Shown here: positions 1 through 11,447 of the stretch, piece after piece | How the letters are laid out: every line of letters begins with the position of its first letter | How positions within the stretch are numbered: the first letter of the stretch is position 1 | Assembly: GCA_043228905.1 (NCBI GenBank) | Contig: JBHGNT010000017.1 | Location: 14,880,001-14,944,000, forward strand | Source: Azolla caroliniana | Taxonomy: Eukaryota > Plantae > Polypodiophyta | Reading direction: 5' to 3' | DNA length: 64,000 nucleotides | The notes under the pieces: generated by a model | Database searches by the model: none | Told to the model about the DNA's origin: nothing | The model's input: the letters and a program-made list of their open reading frames with translations, nothing else | Translations under genes and position numbers: made by a program

Positions 1-15
1 TCATTGTGTTTATCT

Positions 16-507
16 GTAATACAATGGTTTTAATGCTAATGATCGGTAAATACCAATATTTATATTTGTACCAATTTAACTGTTTTGATAACTGGACACC
101 TTTTTCTGATTGGTAAAACCAAATTAATTTTTTTCTTAATTCGAGCTACTAAATATGTAATACCATGGTTTGTATGTAAGTGATCAGCAAACACCAATAT
201 TTATATCTGTAAGTATGACTGTTTTGATAACTGTACAGACAAATGTTTTGATTGCTAAACACCTTTTTCCTGATCGATGAAACCAAATTGGTTTTTCTTT
301 ATTCGAGTTACTAAGTAATACCATGGTTTGTATGTCAATGATCGGTAAACACCAATATTTATATTTGTAAGTAAAACTGTTTCAATAACTGTACACAATT
401 GTTTTGATTTGCTAGACACCTTTTTTCTGATTGATAAAACCCAATTTTTGTTTTTTCTTAAATCTCAGAAAACCAAATTTTGTGTCTTTCGTAAAGCGAG
501 TTACTAA
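16..507. repeat. Degenerate AT-rich tandem repeat, 3 units starting at 16, 157 and 315, probably inside a 5'UTR intron of the MBS1-like gene
   Basis: Each unit begins GTAATAC(A/C)ATGGTTT and shares ACCAATATTTATAT, ACTGTTT..ATAACTG, CACCTTTTT and a GAG.TACTAA end. Confidence 0.75.
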
Positions 508-524
508 ATCTGTTTGTGGTTTAG
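501..524 (+). promoter_or_regulatory. Putative branch point and 3' splice site of a 5'UTR intron
   Basis: TTACTAA, then the U-rich TGTTTGTGGTTT and AG (523-524), 15 nt before the ATG at 540. Confidence 0.5.
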
Positions 525-539
525 TACCCATCTCTCACA

Positions 540-857
540 ATGACAGGTAAAGCAAAGCCGAAGAAGCATACGGCGAAGGAGATTGCGGCCAAAGTGGATG
601 CAGCAACCACAAACAGGGGAGGTGGGAAAGCAGGCCTCGAGGATCGAATTGGTGCCGACAAAGGCGGCCATGCCAAGATGGCATGCCCTGTTTGTAAAGC
701 CACCGCGCCTGACGTTAAAAGCATGCAAATCCATCATGAAGCTAAGCACCCCAAACTTCCCTTTGAAGAAAGCAAGATAATTAACCTTCATGCATGTACT
801 TCGGCAGACCCCAATGCGAAGCCGAAACCTGGTGTTCGTGGGAGCTTGAAGAAATGA
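540..857 (+). CDS. MBS1: METHYLENE BLUE SENSITIVITY 1-like small C2H2 zinc-finger protein (105 aa)
   Basis: MTGKAKPKKHTAKEIAAKVDAATTNRGGGKAG N-terminus, CPVC..HHEAKH finger and KPKPGVRGSLKK C-terminus match the plant MBS family. Confidence 0.9.
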   Translation: MTGKAKPKKHTAKEIAAKVDAATTNRGGGKAGLEDRIGADKGGHAKMACPVCKATAPDVKSMQIHHEAKHPKLPFEESKIINLHACTSADPNAKPKPGVRGSLKK

Positions 858-938
858 TCCCCAAGTTCGCGAAGAAAATGATCCCCAAGTTTGTGAAAGA
901 AATGAAACTAAGTTTGTGAAGAAATGAACTAAGTTTGT
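848..938 (+). repeat. Four tandem copies of a ~22-nt unit that includes the MBS1 stop codon
   Basis: GAAGAAATGA...AAGTT(C/T)G(C/T) repeated four times. Confidence 0.8.
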
Positions 939-1830
939 GTTGCCCCCATTTGTTTGTCTGTCCTTGGCTAGAAGATAGAAGAGAAATTGCACTCTCTCGC
1001 TTCTGTTATGGAAAAAGAGGGTGAAGAAAAAAGAAGGAACTATTATTTCGATAGACTTGTGAATTATTACTTTGGCTATCTAAACATTGGTTATAAACAT
1101 TGGTTATCAAATCCATATCTTTTTTTAACCCAGAAACTTTTGGTCAGTGTTAAACGGATACTCCAGTTTACGTTGCTGTCTATTCCAATTTGTTACACAA
1201 AGGGATGATACTTTTGTTTCTCTCTATCATGTCTATGTAAATGTTTTCTGTGGTAAGAATACTCCTGACTTCATTTATGTTTATCTATACATGTATATAC
1301 ACATGCACATCATACATTTATATATGCGTTTCTGTGGCGATATATGATCATATACTATTGGACTTAATGGTATATATATGAAGCCTTTTATGACATCACA
1401 TTTTCATTCAATGTGTTTCCGCTTGTTTGCTTGCTTTGTTTGTTTGTGATCACAGTATTTTCGGGAGTTTGGTAGCGTAATTTTTTTCTTCCTTCATGTT
1501 AACAATTGGATGATTGGACGTTGAGAACAGTTACTATTTGAAGACATCGATTGCATCGGAGCTCCATCTGTGGCTTGCTATCAACTGTTTAACCTGTGTA
1601 GGAGGTAATGTATCACTAAGACGCAAAATCCTCGATGATTCTCATTTCTAGGAGTAAATTATTCAGAAGTATATTTGAAATGGATGTGTATTATTCTCTT
1701 TTTAGTCTAATAATTTCTGATGGGTCGGTTATTTGGATAAAAGTTAGAATGCGGAGAGAAAACTTAGCTGATGCCGATTAGCAACACATGGCAGTGCGAT
1801 ATGAATCCATGAGAACTCGATACAATGATT

Positions 1831-1912
1831 CTGTCCATCTCGCTTTTAGGTTTTGAGAATCTCTCGGGATACCTGTCCATCTGCTTTTTATGTTTTGAGA
1901 ATCTCTCGGGAT
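1831..1912. repeat. ~42-bp tandem duplication
   Basis: CTGTCCATCT...TTTTGAGAATCTCTCGGGAT occurs twice in succession. Confidence 0.8.
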
Positions 1913-3010
1913 CCTCGAAACATCAAGTTGTGTACATTCTCGTGATGATTACTGCACCGATCTCTTGGGAACTTGTTACTATGGTATCTTTTTGCCAATA
2001 ACTGTTTGGTCAAGCCATTCTAGATCTTCAAAGCATCAAGAGTGTATTGCCATATATGTCTCAATCCTCTACATTGGTATTGTATCAATTGGCCATGAAG
2101 TCGTCACAATGGTATTATTTATTGTCTGCGTAAATGTTTTGTTGGGTCATTCTAGAGCTTCAAAACATTCTAAAAGGTTATCATCCAAACTCAGCACTGG
2201 GAGGATTCGACATAAGTTTACCATCTCTCCTTCTTCTTCCTCTTCTTGCTTGAAGACACCACAAGATTATGGCGGTGCCCCCATGCTTATATGAGTCACA
2301 ATCAGGAGCTCCCCAACTTGCTCGCTAAATAGCTCTCTTCCTCAATATTATAATCAAGAATATAACCTTACAGTTGCTTCCACCAGTGTTGTCAATGACC
2401 ATGGAGGCCAAGTTCTTTGTATTGGCCTCCAAGGGTCACACAGTTTGGTAGTGGTGAGCCCCTTGGGTTGTGGTAAGGTGTTTCTATTGGTGTGTAGATA
2501 TGGGCCTTGTTCGATTTCAGTTTCTTGGCCATGGAAACAAACCAAACCATTTATACATAATAAAACCCGAGCCAAACCGTTTACGAATTACCAAGCCATT
2601 TAAACCGAACTGTTCAGAACAAAGCCATTTAAGCTGAACATTTGAAAAGTATGTGAAACCAAATCATTTGAATGAAACCGTTTATGAAAAATTTGGAACC
2701 AAATCTAACCATTTTCTCCTATATAAAAACAAACCCATCCATTAAACCCATAAGCCAATTAAACCATTAAGACATAATTTTTTAAAGTATTAAGCTGAAA
2801 TTTAAGTCATTAAATTGGAAATTATATTGTTCAATTAGATGTACATTGCTAACCAGAAATTTACAATTTCTTTCTCATTAAAAAAACCATAAACTTTTAC
2901 CAAATGTATGTTGCTAAATAGAAAATTAATATTATCTTTCTCCTTGAAAAAAAAAGATAATTAAACTACATGTATATTGGTAAACCAAAAAATTACAATT
3001 GAAGTATTTT

Positions 3011-3330
3011 TCATTGAAAAAAATACAATGTCTTGAACGATTTTGATGTCTTGGATCTCCAATTGCAACTTGCATTGTCATTTTGTTGTGAAGAAATAAC
3101 ATGACTCCTGTATTAAATACGTAAAACAATAACTTATCAGTAATAAAAAAATAAAATGAAAGAATCAAATAAAAAAACAGAATAGTAAAGAGTATGCATT
3201 GAAAAAATTACAATTCTTGAACTATTTCAATGTCTAAGATCTTCAATTACAACTTGCATTGTCATTTTGTTGTGACGAAGTAACATGATTCATGTATGTA
3301 TAAAATACATAAAATAATAACTTATTAGTA
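3011..3330. repeat. ~135-bp direct duplication (about 3011-3142 and 3196-3330)
   Basis: Both copies share CAACTTGCATTGTCATTTTGTTGTGA and AATAACTTAT.AGTA. Confidence 0.7.
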
Positions 3331-3519
3331 TACCATGCCATGCCACATGCCCACGCCACTCATGACATCCTTCTAGGAAAGGTCATATGAGGTCTCGAGC
3401 TCAATTCTCACATAGGGACACTTTTCCACCAATAAATAAACAAACAAATAAATACATAAATAAATAAATGAATGCCTTCTTATAGAGGTTTAGCACCATA
3501 TATGAGTGGAGAGATTAGT

Positions 3520-4118
3520 GTTTGTCTTAACTAGCTCTTAACCCTAATCACTCTTAGTTCTAGTAAAAATCAAGCGGATAGAGTAAAAGCTCTTAATGCA
3601 CTAATAGAAAGGAGAAAAACCCAAGATTGGAGAAGTGTTACAAAAGTCACAAAAGGGTGGCTTTTATAGCTTTTTATAACAGTGGGGAGTTCCTTTCACA
3701 CTAGGTTGTCCATTGGCTACAAAGATTCCTATTTGGTTTTACTCTTTACCCTTTTTCCTACAATATTGTTAAGCTCGGCGTCCCTTGTTGTTACCTTTGT
3801 CTCTAGAATTGGTGTCTCAGTTACTGGGTACTTAACATCCCCCCCAACCTAATGAGTATACACTCCCAAGTGCATTGCACTATGGGTGTGTTGTGGGGGA
3901 AAGCGATTGATATGAAAATGGGGGCTTTGGGCGAGGACGACAGAGTATAGTGGGTTGGGTTGAAGGGCATTATGGGTGAGGATGGGGGTGACGACATTGG
4001 ATGTTGGGAGGGGTAGTAAGATATCTTCCATTTGATTCTTTGTTGTGAAGAACTTCGTGAACTTGCCAGAGAGTTAGATGGAGGTGACATAGTTGGGAAA
4101 GAGGGAAGGTGGTGTGTG
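3520..4118 (-). mobile_element. Old LTR-retrotransposon relic (3' LTR about 3520-3837 plus PPT and 3' internal sequence)
   Basis: On the minus strand GGTTGGGGGGGA is followed by TGTTA at 3837. The left boundary is uncertain. Confidence 0.35.
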
Positions 4119-6105
4119 TGTAAAAGATTATGTGCAACATAGCTGGCTCAGTTGGACAACAGAAGACAAACAATTAGGTAAACACAAAGTAGGAGAGAGA
4201 GAGAGAGATTGAGTAAGCAGACAACAACTTCTTCTATTACCCAAAAATGACTAAGTACTTAGTACATACAAATGTGCTCACATATCACTTTTTATACAAG
4301 CCTTGATAAGTGGGCTGGCACAAGTACCATTGGTACTTTAATGCTCATGAATTAGCCTGACACCGATTAGCCTATAATAGACCTATTTACTAAAATAGGC
4401 ATATAGGCTCCCTAATGGCCTGTCGGATTCCATCTGATTCGGCCTACCAGCTGATTCAGACCTAGCCAATCAGCCTTCGTCCGATCTAGCTCTCGATTTC
4501 TTCGGCCAATTTGGCCCATGTTGAGCTTGTTTCTCAACACTCCCCCTCAAGCTCCACTTGAGGTCCCGATGTGTTAGCTCTAGCCGGTTCAAGCCTTCGA
4601 CTTCTCTTGGTGTCTTCATGCCTTGCTCGCGCTCCTTGTCCGGTTTGGTCTCGCGTCCCATGACCCCTTTGGTCCAACGTTTCTCGACCCATCTGGTTCT
4701 ACGCATCTTGACCCCTACGATTGACATGTTTGCTCTTTAGGCCCTTCTTAGCTCCCTCGTTTTCGCGGTATTGGCGCCCCTCGACCCCTCGACCCCTCCG
4801 TATCGGCGTCAGCTTTGGCCACGTCCTTGTCTGCCTGGCCTTCATGTGATTCGGCTCGTCCAAATTACTCTTCTTGACTGAATCGGCTATCTCTGATTCG
4901 TCTTCAGTTCACCCGCTATCTCTTTCCAAGTCCTGGCCTTCTTCTTTTCCATGGCTTTGCTTCCCCCTTGTTCGGTTGTCTCCGACTCTAACTCTCTCTT
5001 TCGACCGCTCCCCTTGCATCTGGCTAGTCTTCCTTTAGCCGTTCTCCTTCCACTTGTCCTCTCGTTTGATTCATCTTCGGCTTCCTCAGCCACTCCGGAC
5101 ATTCCAGCTTCTTCAGTCCTCCCGAAATCGAATTCCACATATGATTCGGTTTCTCGGACTTCATCTCTCTCCCTTTCGCCCTTGCTTCGGCTTTGGCTTT
5201 CACTTCTCCCCCTTAAGTTCGGCATGTCAAGGTGCTGTAGACCAAGCATGCTTGGAAAATGCCACAACTTGTCTAGGTCGAGAGGTTTGGTGACGATATC
5301 GGCAACCTGCGGATCAGTTGGAACATGCAAAAGTTACACTTCACCGGAGAGAACTCACTCGCGGACAAATGACAGTGCAAGCATGGAAGACGGGGTTCTT
5401 CACTAACTAGATGCTGCTTGTCGCAGTATAATATCACTGTTGACTCGGACACCTCCATCTACAGATCCTTCAACAACCACTTGAGCCATATGGTTTCGCA
5501 TGTTGCGGTAGCCGCTCCTCTATATTCGGCCTCGGTGCTCGATAGTGCCACTGTCGGTTGCTTCTTATTGCTCCAGGTGATCACGACACTTCCAAGTGAA
5601 AACGCAAATCCAGATGTTGACCTGCGATTGCCGACATTTTCGGCCCAATCGACATCTATGTACCCGATTAGCTGTCTGACTACACTTGCCTGATATAACA
5701 ACCCTCTATCCTTCGTGCTGCTCACATATCGCACGATTCAATGCACGCCTTGAAGGTGGTCGATGGTCGACTACAATATAAACTGACTAATCAAACCGAC
5801 CGGATAGTTGAGGTCCAATAGAGTGATGGTCAAATATATAAGGCTTCTGACTATCTATCGGAACTGTGTCGCGTCGCACGTCGTTCCCGATTCGGGGTGA
5901 TCCTTGACATTTCTGTCCAGAGGAGTTGAGACGGATTTGCAATCCGTCATACCGAACTTGAAGAGCATACTTAGCACATAATGCCATTGGCTGATTAGTA
6001 TGCCTTTCGGGGCGCGGATCTCTTCGATCCCAAGGAAGTAATGAAGGTCCCCCAGATCTTTCATTTCGAATGGTGCGGCCAAGTTGGGACCTCATGCGGG
6101 CTAAT

Positions 6106-9100
6106 TGTTGGGATTACGGTCCCTTCGGATGGGATGGTCGGATGTCGGAGATGAATGCCGACGAGCCCGGTTTCGGTTTCGGAACCGGATGATGAAGACC
6201 CCGGCTTCGGAGCCGGATGACGAATGTACCCGGAGAGCGATCCGGATGCAGGGACATATCCGTGAATATGTTTACTATGGGCCCCTGAGGCTATAGTTGT
6301 AAATAGCCCCAAAGTCATATATGTATAAATATGACTTAGGGCAAACTGTTTTTGTGTTGCTGATCATTTTTCTGTTTTTCCACTCAAGAGGAGTGAAGAG
6401 GGAGTAGCCGTGAGAGAGAGAGAGAGAGAGATAGAGCGTGAGAGAGGAAGAGGACGATGCCTCTGTGTATTTCCGCCGCCTGTGGCGAGGACAGCGAGCT
6501 CAAGGTCGTCGCCTTGCAGCTCGCCATTGTATACTCCTCTTTGTATAGTGTTGGTTTAGAGTCTTGTACTCCCGTGGTTTTTCCCATCTAGGGTTTTCCA
6601 CGTTAATCCCTGTGTATTCGTGTGTTTCTCTCTGTGGTTCCTATTTTCTGCTACATTGATTCGCGATTACTTGGTTGTGGCCGAGCGAAGAAGGTGAATC
6701 GAAGCGTCGATTCCCAACAAACTGGTATCAGAGCGAGCTGCTGCAGAAAATGGAAGGCGGCGGCAGCGGGCAGCCGGGGATGATGGTGCTGAATGTGCAG
6801 AATTACGCCGACTGGAAGATCAAGATGGAGGATCTTCTGATTGTTCGGGACCTGTACGAACCGATTGACAGGTCGGAAATACCGAAGGGGGTACTTGAGT
6901 CGGAATGGAGGCTTCTGAACCGGAAAGCCGTTGCAACCATTCGGCAATACGTCGACGTGAGCGTTCTACAACATGTGGCGAACGACACCAACGCATATGA
7001 GATGTGGCGGAAGCTGTCGGGCCTCTATGAGAGGAAGAATGCGTTGAACCGGACCTCCCTGATGAGGAAGATAGTGAATCTCAAGTACCGGGACGGCGAC
7101 AGTATGGTGGAACACGTAAGCACGTTCATGGGATTCGTGAATCAGCTTGCGGCGATCAAGTTCCCGTTGGAGGATGCAATGCAAGCCATCATCCTGATGT
7201 GTACATTGCCGGAAAGCTGGGAGAACTTGGTGGTGACTCTCAGCACCTCCTGCACCGAAGATAACTTGTCCTTACAAACGGTAAAGACAAGTATTTTGAA
7301 TGAAGAAGCGCGTCGGAGAGATAAAGAACCGGCCTCCGACTCGAAGGCGCTGCTTACCGAATCGGATCGGGGAAGACAATGGAACCGGAGTCCGCAAAGA
7401 CGGGAGAAGTCGGGGACCCGGTCGCAGTCAAGAGGAAGGCCCACATGCTTCCACTGTGGGAAGCCGGGGCACTTCCGAAAGAATTGTCGGCATTACCGAA
7501 AAGACAACGGAGCCGACGACACCGATTCGAAGAAGTCACCGGAGAGAAACGGTGCATACCGGGGAGCCACGGACCGGAGAGGTTCGGATCGGCGAGGGCA
7601 GGACCGGAAAGGAACAACGGCACTCGCGGCAAGTGAGGAAGAAATCATGCTCATCACCGAAGAAGGTGAACTAAACATTGCCGGCGATGAGACGACCTGG
7701 GTGGTCGATTCCGGAGCATCGTTCCACCTGACCCCGGAGAGAAGATACTTCTCATCCTACACAGCCGGTGAGCATGGCTGTGTTCGGATGGGAAATGAAG
7801 GTACGTGCCGGATTGCCGGCATAGGAGACGTGTGGTTGACAACCCCGACCGGATGCAAAATGCTGCTGAAGGATGTCCGACACGTTCCGGAGGTTCGATT
7901 GAACCTGATTTCGGCCGGGAGGCTAGACGATGAAGGCTACACAGGTAGCATCCGGAACGGCGTAATGAAGTTCAGCAAGGGGAGCCTGATAGTGGCTCGG
8001 GCCCGGAAAGACAACACACTGTACCTGATGAATGCCCGGTTATGTCCTGAAGAGCTGAATGTGGCAGCCGACACTGCCGGTGAGCTGTGGCACAAAAGAC
8101 TGTGTCACATGAGTGAGAAGGGGATGAAGAGGCTTGCAGAAGACAACCTTATTCCAGTGAAGCATGTGCACATGGAGAAGTGCACCGATTGCCTGGCCGG
8201 TAAGCAGAACCGAACCTCCTTCCACTCAAGGCCACCGACGAGACGCAGCGCACCATTGGAGTTGGTGCACACTGATGTGTGTCAGGTAGAAACGAAGTCA
8301 CATGGCGGAGCCCAGTACTTCGTAACATTCATTGATGATCACAGCCGGAAGCTGTGGACGGCACCGCTGAAGACAAAGGACCAAGTGTTGTGCGTCTTCA
8401 AAGAACTCCACGCGAGAGTGGAAAGGGAATCCGGCAAGAAGCTGAAAGCGATACGAGCGGATAACGGAGGGGAATACCGGGGGCAGTTCCAGGAGTACTG
8501 TCGCTCGAAGGGAATCCGGCTCGAGTTTACTGTGCCGAAGACGCCGGAACTAAACGGGCTGGCCGAGAGGATGAACCGGACCATAATGGAGCGGGTCCGG
8601 AGTATGCTGGCGCATGCGAAATTACCCAAGGGGTTTTGGGCTGAGGCAATGTCGACGGCGACATACGTGATAAACAGATCACCCTCAGTACCTTTGGACG
8701 GAGACACGCCGCAGAAAGTGTGGACCGGTAAGGAAGTGTCCTACCGGCATCTGAAGGTGTTCGGGTGTCTCGCATACGTGCATGTGGCAAAGGACCGGAG
8801 AGGAAAGCTAGATCCAAAGACCCGGCCATGCATATTCCTCGGTTACGGCGACGACGAGTTCGGCTACCGAGTATGGGACCCGGTCGACAAGAAGATATTC
8901 AGGAGTCGAGACATCATCTTCATGGAGGACAAGACACTCGCCGACTGGGAATCGGAGAAGAAGATGAAGAGCTCCAAGTCGACCGGTGAGGATCAACTCT
9001 ACGAGGAGCAGTCCCGACCGGCAAGGGACCGGTTAGCACTCGAGGATCCGGCCGAAGACGGTGAAGAAACAGAACCGGCCGAAGAAGATGAAAATGATAC

Positions 9101-11447
9101 CGGAACCGGCCCCGATCCCGAAATGGATTCGGATGAAGAAGAATCGGAAGAACCGGTTACCAAAGCTCCGGAACGAAGATATCCTCTAAGAGAGAGAAGG
9201 CCCCCCCGGAGATTTCCGGAACCAGAGCACGTGCTGCTAACCGACGAGGGGGAGCCGGAGAGCTTTGAAGAAGCAAAACATGACACCCAGAGCCGCAGGT
9301 GGTTGAGTGCCATGCAGGACGAGATGGATTCCCTGCATGAGAACCACACATATGAACTTGTGGAGTTGCCGAAAGGAAAACGGGCACTTCGAAACAAGTG
9401 GGTGTTCAAGCTGAAACTGGGAGATGCCGGAAACCCCCCGAGATACAAAGCCAGGATCGTGGTGAAGGGGTTTCAGCAGAAGAAGGGCGTCGACTTCGAC
9501 GAGATATTTGCCCCGGTAGTGAAGATGACCTCCATCCGGACGGTGTTGAGCATAGCGGCAAGCATGGACCTCGAGGTAGAACAGATGGACGTGAAGACGG
9601 CATTCCTTCACGGTGACCTCGATGAAGAGATCTACATGCAGCAACCGGAAGGATTCGAGAAGAAAGGGAAGGAGCACCTGGTATGCCGGTTGAAGAAGAG
9701 CCTTTACGGACTGAAGCAGGCTCCCCGGCAATGGTACCGGAAGTTCGACTCCTTCATGACCGACGAAGGGTACCTCAAAACGCAGTCCGACCACTGCGTG
9801 TTTGTGAAGAAGTTCGAAGGAGGAGACTTTCTAATACTCCTCCTGTACGTGGACGACATGCTGATCGTCGGACGGGACCAGGTCAAGATACGGATGCTGA
9901 AGAAGGCTCTTCACCGAACCTTCTCAATGAAGGACCTGGGTCCGGCGAGGCAAATACTAGGGATGCACATCATCCGGGACCGGAAGAAGAAGCAGTTGTG
10001 GCTGTCACAGGAGAAGTACGTGACGAAGGTGCTTCACCAGTTCAACATGTCGGAAGCAAGACCGGTCGGATCGACCCTCCCGGCAAACTGCAAGCTGTCC
10101 AGCAAGCAAAGTCCCAAGACAAAGGCTGAAAAGGAGGATATGATGAAAGTGCCGTATGCCTCAGCCGTCGGGAGCTTGATGTACGCCATGGTGTGTACGA
10201 GACCGGACATAGGATATGCAGTCGGAGTGGTGAGCCGGTACATGAGCAATCCCGGCAAAGAGCATTGGAACGCGGCCAAGTGGATACTCCGATACCTGAA
10301 AGGCACGGCAAACGTGTGCCTCCGATTCGGCTCCGGTAAGCCCGAACTCGACGGCTTCACCGATTCGGATATGTCGGCTGATGCAGATACCAGCCGGTCC
10401 ACATCAGGGTATGTGATGACGTATGCAGGGGGAGCCGTTTCGTGGCAGTCGAGGCTGCAGAAGACGGTTGCGTTGTCAACCACGGAGGCGGAGTATATGG
10501 CAGCTGTTGAAGCCGGCAAGGAAATAATATGGATGAAGGACTTCATTAGAGAGCTCGGTATCCGGCAGGAGGAGTACCGACTCTACTACGACAGTCAGAG
10601 TGCAATCCACCTTGCGAAGAACGCGGCCTATCACTCTCGGACGAAGCACATCCAGCGAAGATATCACTGGATCCGGGAAAGGATAGAAGACAAGGAGTTC
10701 GTGCTGACAAAGATCCACACGGACGAGAACGGGTCGGATATGCTGACCAAGGTGCTCACACCCGACAAGCTGGAAGCATGCCGGAAGAGAATCGGATTGG
10801 AAAGACATCCCATGCCGAAGTGAAGGGGGAGTTTGTTGGGATTACGGTCCCTTCGGATGGGATGGTCGGATGTCGGAGATGAATGCCGACGAGCCCGGTT
10901 TCGGTTTCGGAACCGGATGATGAAGACCCCGGCTTCGGAGCCGGATGACGAATGTACCCGGAGAGCGATCCGGATGCAGGGACATATCCGTGAATATGTT
11001 TACTATGGGCCCCTGAGGCTATAGTTGTAAATAGCCCCAAAGTCATATATGTATAAATATGACTTAGGGCAAACTGTTTTTGTGTTGCTGATCATTTTTC
11101 TGTTTTTCCACTCAAGAGGAGTGAAGAGGGAGCAGCCGTGAGAGAGAGAGAGAGAGAGATAGAGCGTGAGAGAGGAAGAGGACGACGCCTCTGTGTATTT
11201 CCGCCGCCTGTGGCGAGGACAACGAGCTCAAGGTCGTCGCCTTGCAGCTCGCCATTGTATACTCCTCTTTGTATAGTGTTGGTTTGGAGTCTTGTACTCC
11301 CGTGGTTTTTCCCATCTAGGGTTTTCCACGTTAATCCCTGTGTATTCGTGTGTTTCTCTCTGTGGTTCCTATTTTCTGCTACATTGATTCGCGATTACTT
11401 GGTTGTGGCCGAGCGAAGAAGGTGAATCGAAGCGTCGATTCCCAACA
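6106..11447 (+). mobile_element. Intact Tnt1/Tork-like Ty1/copia B
   Basis: 614-bp LTRs at 6106-6719 and 10834-11447 (about 4 differences by eye). TSD CTAAT. tRNA-iMet PBS TGGTATCAGAGC at 6723-6734. PPT GAAGGGGGAG at 10822-10831. Confidence 0.97.
6750..10823 (+). CDS. Copia Gag-PR-INT-RT-RNaseH polyprotein, uninterrupted
   Basis: CFHCGKPGHFRKNC knuckle, VVDSGAS protease, WHKRLCH..C..C and DNGGEY integrase, YVDD RT, FTDSD/EAEY RNase H. First ATG after the PBS is at 6750. Confidence 0.95.
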   Translation: MEGGGSGQPGMMVLNVQNYADWKIKMEDLLIVRDLYEPIDRSEIPKGVLESEWRLLNRKAVATIRQYVDVSVLQHVANDTNAYEMWRKLSGLYERKNALNRTSLMRKIVNLKYRDGDSMVEHVSTFMGFVNQLAAIKFPLEDAMQAIILMCTLPESWENLVVTLSTSCTEDNLSLQTVKTSILNEEARRRDKEPASDSKALLTESDRGRQWNRSPQRREKSGTRSQSRGRPTCFHCGKPGHFRKNCRHYRKDNGADDTDSKKSPERNGAYRGATDRRGSDRRGQDRKGTTALAASEEEIMLITEEGELNIAGDETTWVVDSGASFHLTPERRYFSSYTAGEHGCVRMGNEGTCRIAGIGDVWLTTPTGCKMLLKDVRHVPEVRLNLISAGRLDDEGYTGSIRNGVMKFSKGSLIVARARKDNTLYLMNARLCPEELNVAADTAGELWHKRLCHMSEKGMKRLAEDNLIPVKHVHMEKCTDCLAGKQNRTSFHSRPPTRRSAPLELVHTDVCQVETKSHGGAQYFVTFIDDHSRKLWTAPLKTKDQVLCVFKELHARVERESGKKLKAIRADNGGEYRGQFQEYCRSKGIRLEFTVPKTPELNGLAERMNRTIMERVRSMLAHAKLPKGFWAEAMSTATYVINRSPSVPLDGDTPQKVWTGKEVSYRHLKVFGCLAYVHVAKDRRGKLDPKTRPCIFLGYGDDEFGYRVWDPVDKKIFRSRDIIFMEDKTLADWESEKKMKSSKSTGEDQLYEEQSRPARDRLALEDPAEDGEETEPAEEDENDTGTGPDPEMDSDEEESEEPVTKAPERRYPLRERRPPRRFPEPEHVLLTDEGEPESFEEAKHDTQSRRWLSAMQDEMDSLHENHTYELVELPKGKRALRNKWVFKLKLGDAGNPPRYKARIVVKGFQQKKGVDFDEIFAPVVKMTSIRTVLSIAASMDLEVEQMDVKTAFLHGDLDEEIYMQQPEGFEKKGKEHLVCRLKKSLYGLKQAPRQWYRKFDSFMTDEGYLKTQSDHCVFVKKFEGGDFLILLLYVDDMLIVGRDQVKIRMLKKALHRTFSMKDLGPARQILGMHIIRDRKKKQLWLSQEKYVTKVLHQFNMSEARPVGSTLPANCKLSSKQSPKTKAEKEDMMKVPYASAVGSLMYAMVCTRPDIGYAVGVVSRYMSNPGKEHWNAAKWILRYLKGTANVCLRFGSGKPELDGFTDSDMSADADTSRSTSGYVMTYAGGAVSWQSRLQKTVALSTTEAEYMAAVEAGKEIIWMKDFIRELGIRQEEYRLYYDSQSAIHLAKNAAYHSRTKHIQRRYHWIRERIEDKEFVLTKIHTDENGSDMLTKVLTPDKLEACRKRIGLERHPMPK

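Noticed and set aside
848-938. CRISPR-like short repeats
   Set aside because: Contiguous tandem units without unique spacers, in eukaryotic DNA with no cas genes.
504-992. 162-aa minus-strand ORF, and the many short antisense ORFs over TE genes
   Set aside because: Shadow frames of real coding sequence with no recognisable motifs.
1965-2830. Short ORFs and AAACC-rich sequence as a gene or MITE
   Set aside because: No identifiable domain, TIR pair or TSD.
6675-6749. ORF-track start of the B polyprotein
   Set aside because: It lies in the LTR/PBS with a non-ATG codon; ATG 6750 matches the gag start of related element E.
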